A stretch of DNA of 64,000 bases from Clostridia bacterium. Its GTDB lineage: Bacteria; Bacillota; Clostridia; Acetivibrionales; UBA4821. The position numbers and the translations under genes are program-made. This document shows, in pieces, positions 61,349 to 64,000 of the stretch; positions within the stretch are counted from its first letter, which is position 1; each line of letters begins with the position of its first letter. The DNA is taken from positions 29,424 through 93,423 of the forward strand of contig JAWLCD010000001.1 of the NCBI GenBank assembly GCA_041687355.1, written 5' to 3'. The notes under the pieces are model-generated. The model saw nothing but the letters and a program-made list of their open reading frames with translations. It ran no database searches and was not told the origin of the DNA.

Positions 61349-61366
61349 ATTGGTATTAGTTATAGC

Positions 61367-63319
61367 CTATTGATCAAAATTCCCCTTGAGTATTCCTATT
61401 CCCCTGCTCTTGACAAGGTCGGTCAATGCATCAACAACACTGGGACTAAACTGTGAACTTTTGCATCTTATGATTTCTATTACTGCCTCTTCCTCGGTCA
61501 GTGCCTTCCTATATGCCCTGTTTGAAGTCATGGCATCCAATGCGTCCGCAACTGAAATAATCTGAGCTTCAATTGATAACTGGTCATTGGTTATGCCAAA
61601 CGGATATCCTTTGCCGTCCCATCTTTCATGATGGTAAGCTATTGCCCTCATAGTTCCTTCTGATAGTCCTACAGGGCTCAGAATTCTCCCACTTATTGTC
61701 GGATGCGTCTTAATCTGTTCAAATTCCTGATCGGTGAGCCTTGAAGGTTTACTCAGTATTGCATCGGGTATCCCTATCTTTCCTATATCGTGCAGTATTC
61801 CTGCTATTCTAATCTCATCAATCTGTTCCTTAGGCAGTCCCATCTTTTCAGCCAGAATCACAGCATACTTCGATACCCTGTATGAATGACCTTCGGTATA
61901 CTTATCCTTGGCTTCGATTGCAGCTATCAGAGCATTAACGGTTTTCACGAAATTCTTTTTTGACAAATCGAACAGCCTGGCATTATCTATTGCAATGGCA
62001 GCATTGTTTGCAATAGAACAAAGGAGGTTCTTCTTCCTTGAATTGAATCTCCCGGTAGTTCCAACCGTAAGCACACCTATACGCTTGTCCTTTGTTGCAA
62101 TGGGCGCCATTAACAATTCATTTATTCTTTCATTCTCTTTTTTTGTGGCATTGATTCTGGTAATAAGTTGACTGTCACTCGCATCATGTTTGATTACTGC
62201 ATCTGATGCATGAGTCACTTCACAGAACAGGGCATCGTCTATATCATATATGCCAAAATCGCTTATATCCTTAACCTCACCATTGAAAAAGTCTCCTGCA
62301 AATGCTTTGGGAATAAGCTTGGTTCCGGTTTCATCATATATTCTCAGCGTGCAGAGCGAATTTTTTAAGACCCTGCAGATTTCCTGAACGACCAGGTTTA
62401 AAACATTTTCAATTTCGAGTGATGCATTCAGCTTCCTGCTCAGGTTGTTTATAGTGGCCAGTTCTTTATAGGAAGAGATTATTTCCTGCTCCATCATTTT
62501 CTTCTGGGTAATGTCCCTCAGGATAGCCTGTATACCTATAATTTCACCATCGTAGATAAAGTTGGTAAGCGTAGCTTCAACCAGAACAATAGCACGGTTT
62601 TTTGCCATTAGCTCCAACTCAAGTGCCAGAGAATTTTTAGTCTTCAGTTCGTTACTGACCCTTTCAAAAAAGTTCTGAGAAATGTCAGGTTTAATTAGCT
62701 GTTTTATGCTTCTTCCTTCTACCTCTTGTTTGCTGTACCCAAGAATATCCTTGATCATTTCGTTAATAAAGTATATGGTGCCGTCCAATCTGATTACACA
62801 GACTATATCGGTGATATTCTTGACCAGGGAGTAATACTTCTGTTCTGAATCGTTAAGCTGATTTATGGTTGCCTGCAGCTGACCATATGATGCCTCAAGC
62901 TCGGTATTTGCCTGCTGTATCTCCAGGTTCTTTGCATATATTTCAAGAGCCTGAAGCTCAATTTCTCTTTTATCTTCCTTCAGTTTTTCAGTCATTGCCC
63001 TGTAGTCGCCCTCCAAATCATTGAATTCTTCAACGTCTGGAAGCTGTATCTTCTGATTGAAATCTCCAGTCTGTATGGCAATAATTGCCTTCTTGATTTC
63101 GCTAAGAAAACCGGTCCATATTTCATCTATGTACCGGTAGCACAGGTAAACCAGAAAAAGACTGACCGCAAGCACAAGAAACACGCCAAGCTTAAAACCT
63201 TCAAGTGTGTCCTGGGTAAATTCAAGGATATGGGCCAAAGCTGCAACAGCTATTACTGGTAATACGACGGCTATTGCAAGCAGTAAACAAATTTTTTGCT
63301 TAAAGCTCCTAATCTTCAT
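61367..63319 (-). CDS. Membrane sensor with HAMP, coiled-coil, PAS, GAF and HD-GYP domains (putative c-di-GMP phosphodiesterase)
   Basis: Start trimmed to the ATG at 63319 (MKIRSFKQK), after aggggaaag. It has two TM helices, a HAMP domain, a PAS domain (ITDIVCVIRLDGTIYFINE), a GAF-like block, and the motifs HDIGK and HHERWDGKGYP. Confidence 0.85.
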   Translation of the reverse strand: MKIRSFKQKICLLLAIAVVLPVIAVAALAHILEFTQDTLEGFKLGVFLVLAVSLFLVYLCYRYIDEIWTGFLSEIKKAIIAIQTGDFNQKIQLPDVEEFNDLEGDYRAMTEKLKEDKREIELQALEIYAKNLEIQQANTELEASYGQLQATINQLNDSEQKYYSLVKNITDIVCVIRLDGTIYFINEMIKDILGYSKQEVEGRSIKQLIKPDISQNFFERVSNELKTKNSLALELELMAKNRAIVLVEATLTNFIYDGEIIGIQAILRDITQKKMMEQEIISSYKELATINNLSRKLNASLEIENVLNLVVQEICRVLKNSLCTLRIYDETGTKLIPKAFAGDFFNGEVKDISDFGIYDIDDALFCEVTHASDAVIKHDASDSQLITRINATKKENERINELLMAPIATKDKRIGVLTVGTTGRFNSRKKNLLCSIANNAAIAIDNARLFDLSKKNFVKTVNALIAAIEAKDKYTEGHSYRVSKYAVILAEKMGLPKEQIDEIRIAGILHDIGKIGIPDAILSKPSRLTDQEFEQIKTHPTISGRILSPVGLSEGTMRAIAYHHERWDGKGYPFGITNDQLSIEAQIISVADALDAMTSNRAYRKALTEEEAVIEIIRCKSSQFSPSVVDALTDLVKSRGIGILKGNFDQ

Positions 63320-63544
63320 CTTTCCCCTACTTCCACTGATTATGTCACTACTCAGAGAAATAAAAACCTGCAAGGGTTAACCAAATAAAGAAGAATATCG
63401 ATATGTTTCAAAAGTTACTTGTCAGCCCGCTTTTTACAGGCCGGTCAGACTAAAAATCAAAAGGCAATATTTTCATATATGCATATTATACCACACAATG
63501 ACATGAGTTTGAAGATTTGAATTATTTTTTGTATCCTGATTTTT

Positions 63545-63578
63545 AATAAAAGTATTTTAGGGCAGCCAAAGCCGCCCC
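63545..63578 (-). terminator. Terminator-like hairpin after the SRP RNA
   Basis: The minus strand reads gggcggc-uuug-gcugccc (one G-U pair), followed by uaaaauacuuuuauu. Confidence 0.5.
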
Positions 63579-63593
63579 ATAGAATATTTAAAT

Positions 63594-63865
63594 GGCTGTG
63601 CACCTTTTCTTTGACACACTGCCTATAAGCGCTACATATGCAGACAGCTCAAATCAGGTTGCCTCACGGCACACAAGAGTGACTACTTACCGCTGCTTCC
63701 TTCCGGACCTGACGGGGTTCATAGCTTCCTGTTGCGCAAGACCTGATTCTCATAACCACCCAACACATGTCAGACCTTACAGAAAGCGGCCTATGAAAAG
63801 GAATTAAGCCCTGCTGCAGCGGATTGCAGGTACAGGGCACCGCTACCTCCCCGCCTAGCACAGCC
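63594..63865 (-). ncRNA. ffs: Signal recognition particle RNA, long (Bacillus-type, Alu-domain-containing) form
   Basis: The minus strand begins GGCTGTGCTAGGCGGGGAGGTAGCGGTGCCCTGTACCTGCAATCCGCTGCAGCAGGGC. It contains the domain IV core GTCAGGTCCGGAAGGAAGCAGCGGTAAG and ends AAAGGTGCACAGCC. It is collinear with the B. subtilis scRNA as I remember it. Confidence 0.9.
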
Positions 63866-63924
63866 AAAACATAACATATTCTTTCCTAATCCAATAACCG
63901 TTTCATTTTTCAAACAGCTACTCC

Positions 63925-63953
63925 ATTATAGGTTAAATAAACATTTTTTTCAA
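63925..63953 (-). promoter_or_regulatory. SigA-type promoter upstream of the SRP RNA
   Basis: The minus strand has TTGAAA (63953-63948), a 17-nt spacer and TATAAT (63930-63925). This is about 55 nt upstream of the inferred mature 5' end. Confidence 0.55.
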
Positions 63954-64000
63954 TGATTAATTAATGTAAATACTCATTTTCTATACGCTTACATACTCTC

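Noticed and set aside
63592-63867. Two ORF-track ORFs (71 aa on the plus strand, 67 aa on the minus strand)
   Set aside because: Both lie entirely inside the SRP RNA gene, so they are artefacts of a GC-rich structured RNA.
1-64000. A search by eye for tRNA, rRNA, CRISPR arrays, transposases or IS ends, integrases, toxin-antitoxin pairs or defence-system genes
   Set aside because: None was found. No conserved tRNA T-arm (GGTTCGAATCC-like) motifs, spaced repeat arrays or mobile-element ORFs are present. The window is essentially core genome, so I do not claim any novel multi-gene system.

Overview
This is a core-genome window from an AT-rich, endospore-forming Firmicute, Clostridia-like by gene content. 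All calls come from reading the sequence and ORF track by eye; no searches were run. I call 56 protein genes, 51 on the minus strand, and nearly all are housekeeping.

Gene blocks, in order:
- The start of the dcw cluster: mraZ-rsmH-ftsL-PBP-murE.
- A Spo0E-like gene, lgt, an M16 peptidase pair, yqeY, rpsU, a HIT protein and an HD-GYP protein.
- alaS behind a canonical T-box.
- A J-protein and hsp20 heat-shock pair, then class I fumarate hydratase.
- rpoB-rpoC-L7Ae-rpsL-rpsG-fusA-tuf, then tilS-hpt-ftsH.
- dnaB-rplI-gdpP and rpsF-ssb-rpsR, then yabG and nrdDG.
- comEA, an S11 carboxypeptidase and ridA.
- nadD-yqeK-rsfS-leuS, dnaX-ybaB-recR, a HAMP-PAS-GAF-HD-GYP sensor, and a long-form SRP RNA.

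Two real genes are too short for the ORF track: rpsU and a DUF1540 protein. I saw no tRNA, rRNA, CRISPR array, IS element, prophage or recognisable defence system.

The unusual signals are all non-coding or small:
1. A modular, hairpin-rich repeat occurs in two copies. The copies directly bracket the nadD-leuS operon, and each lies just 5' of a minus-strand gene.
2. A second ~97-nt repeat family carries a perfect 8-bp inverted repeat. One copy is embedded between 45-bp direct repeats in the hsp20/J-protein spacer.
3. A 10-unit heptanucleotide array folds into a long hairpin right after the rpsL stop codon.
4. An 86-codon lysine-rich frame with no start codon lies in a 0.5-kb purine-skewed spacer inside the dcw cluster.
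5. An orphan receiver domain lacks the phospho-acceptor Asp.
6. Recognisable MraZ, CtsR and NrdR operators are present.
7. Several conserved gene orders are broken around rpoBC/str, rpsR-gdpP and ffs-dnaX.

The function of the repeat families is unknown, and I present them as hypotheses only.
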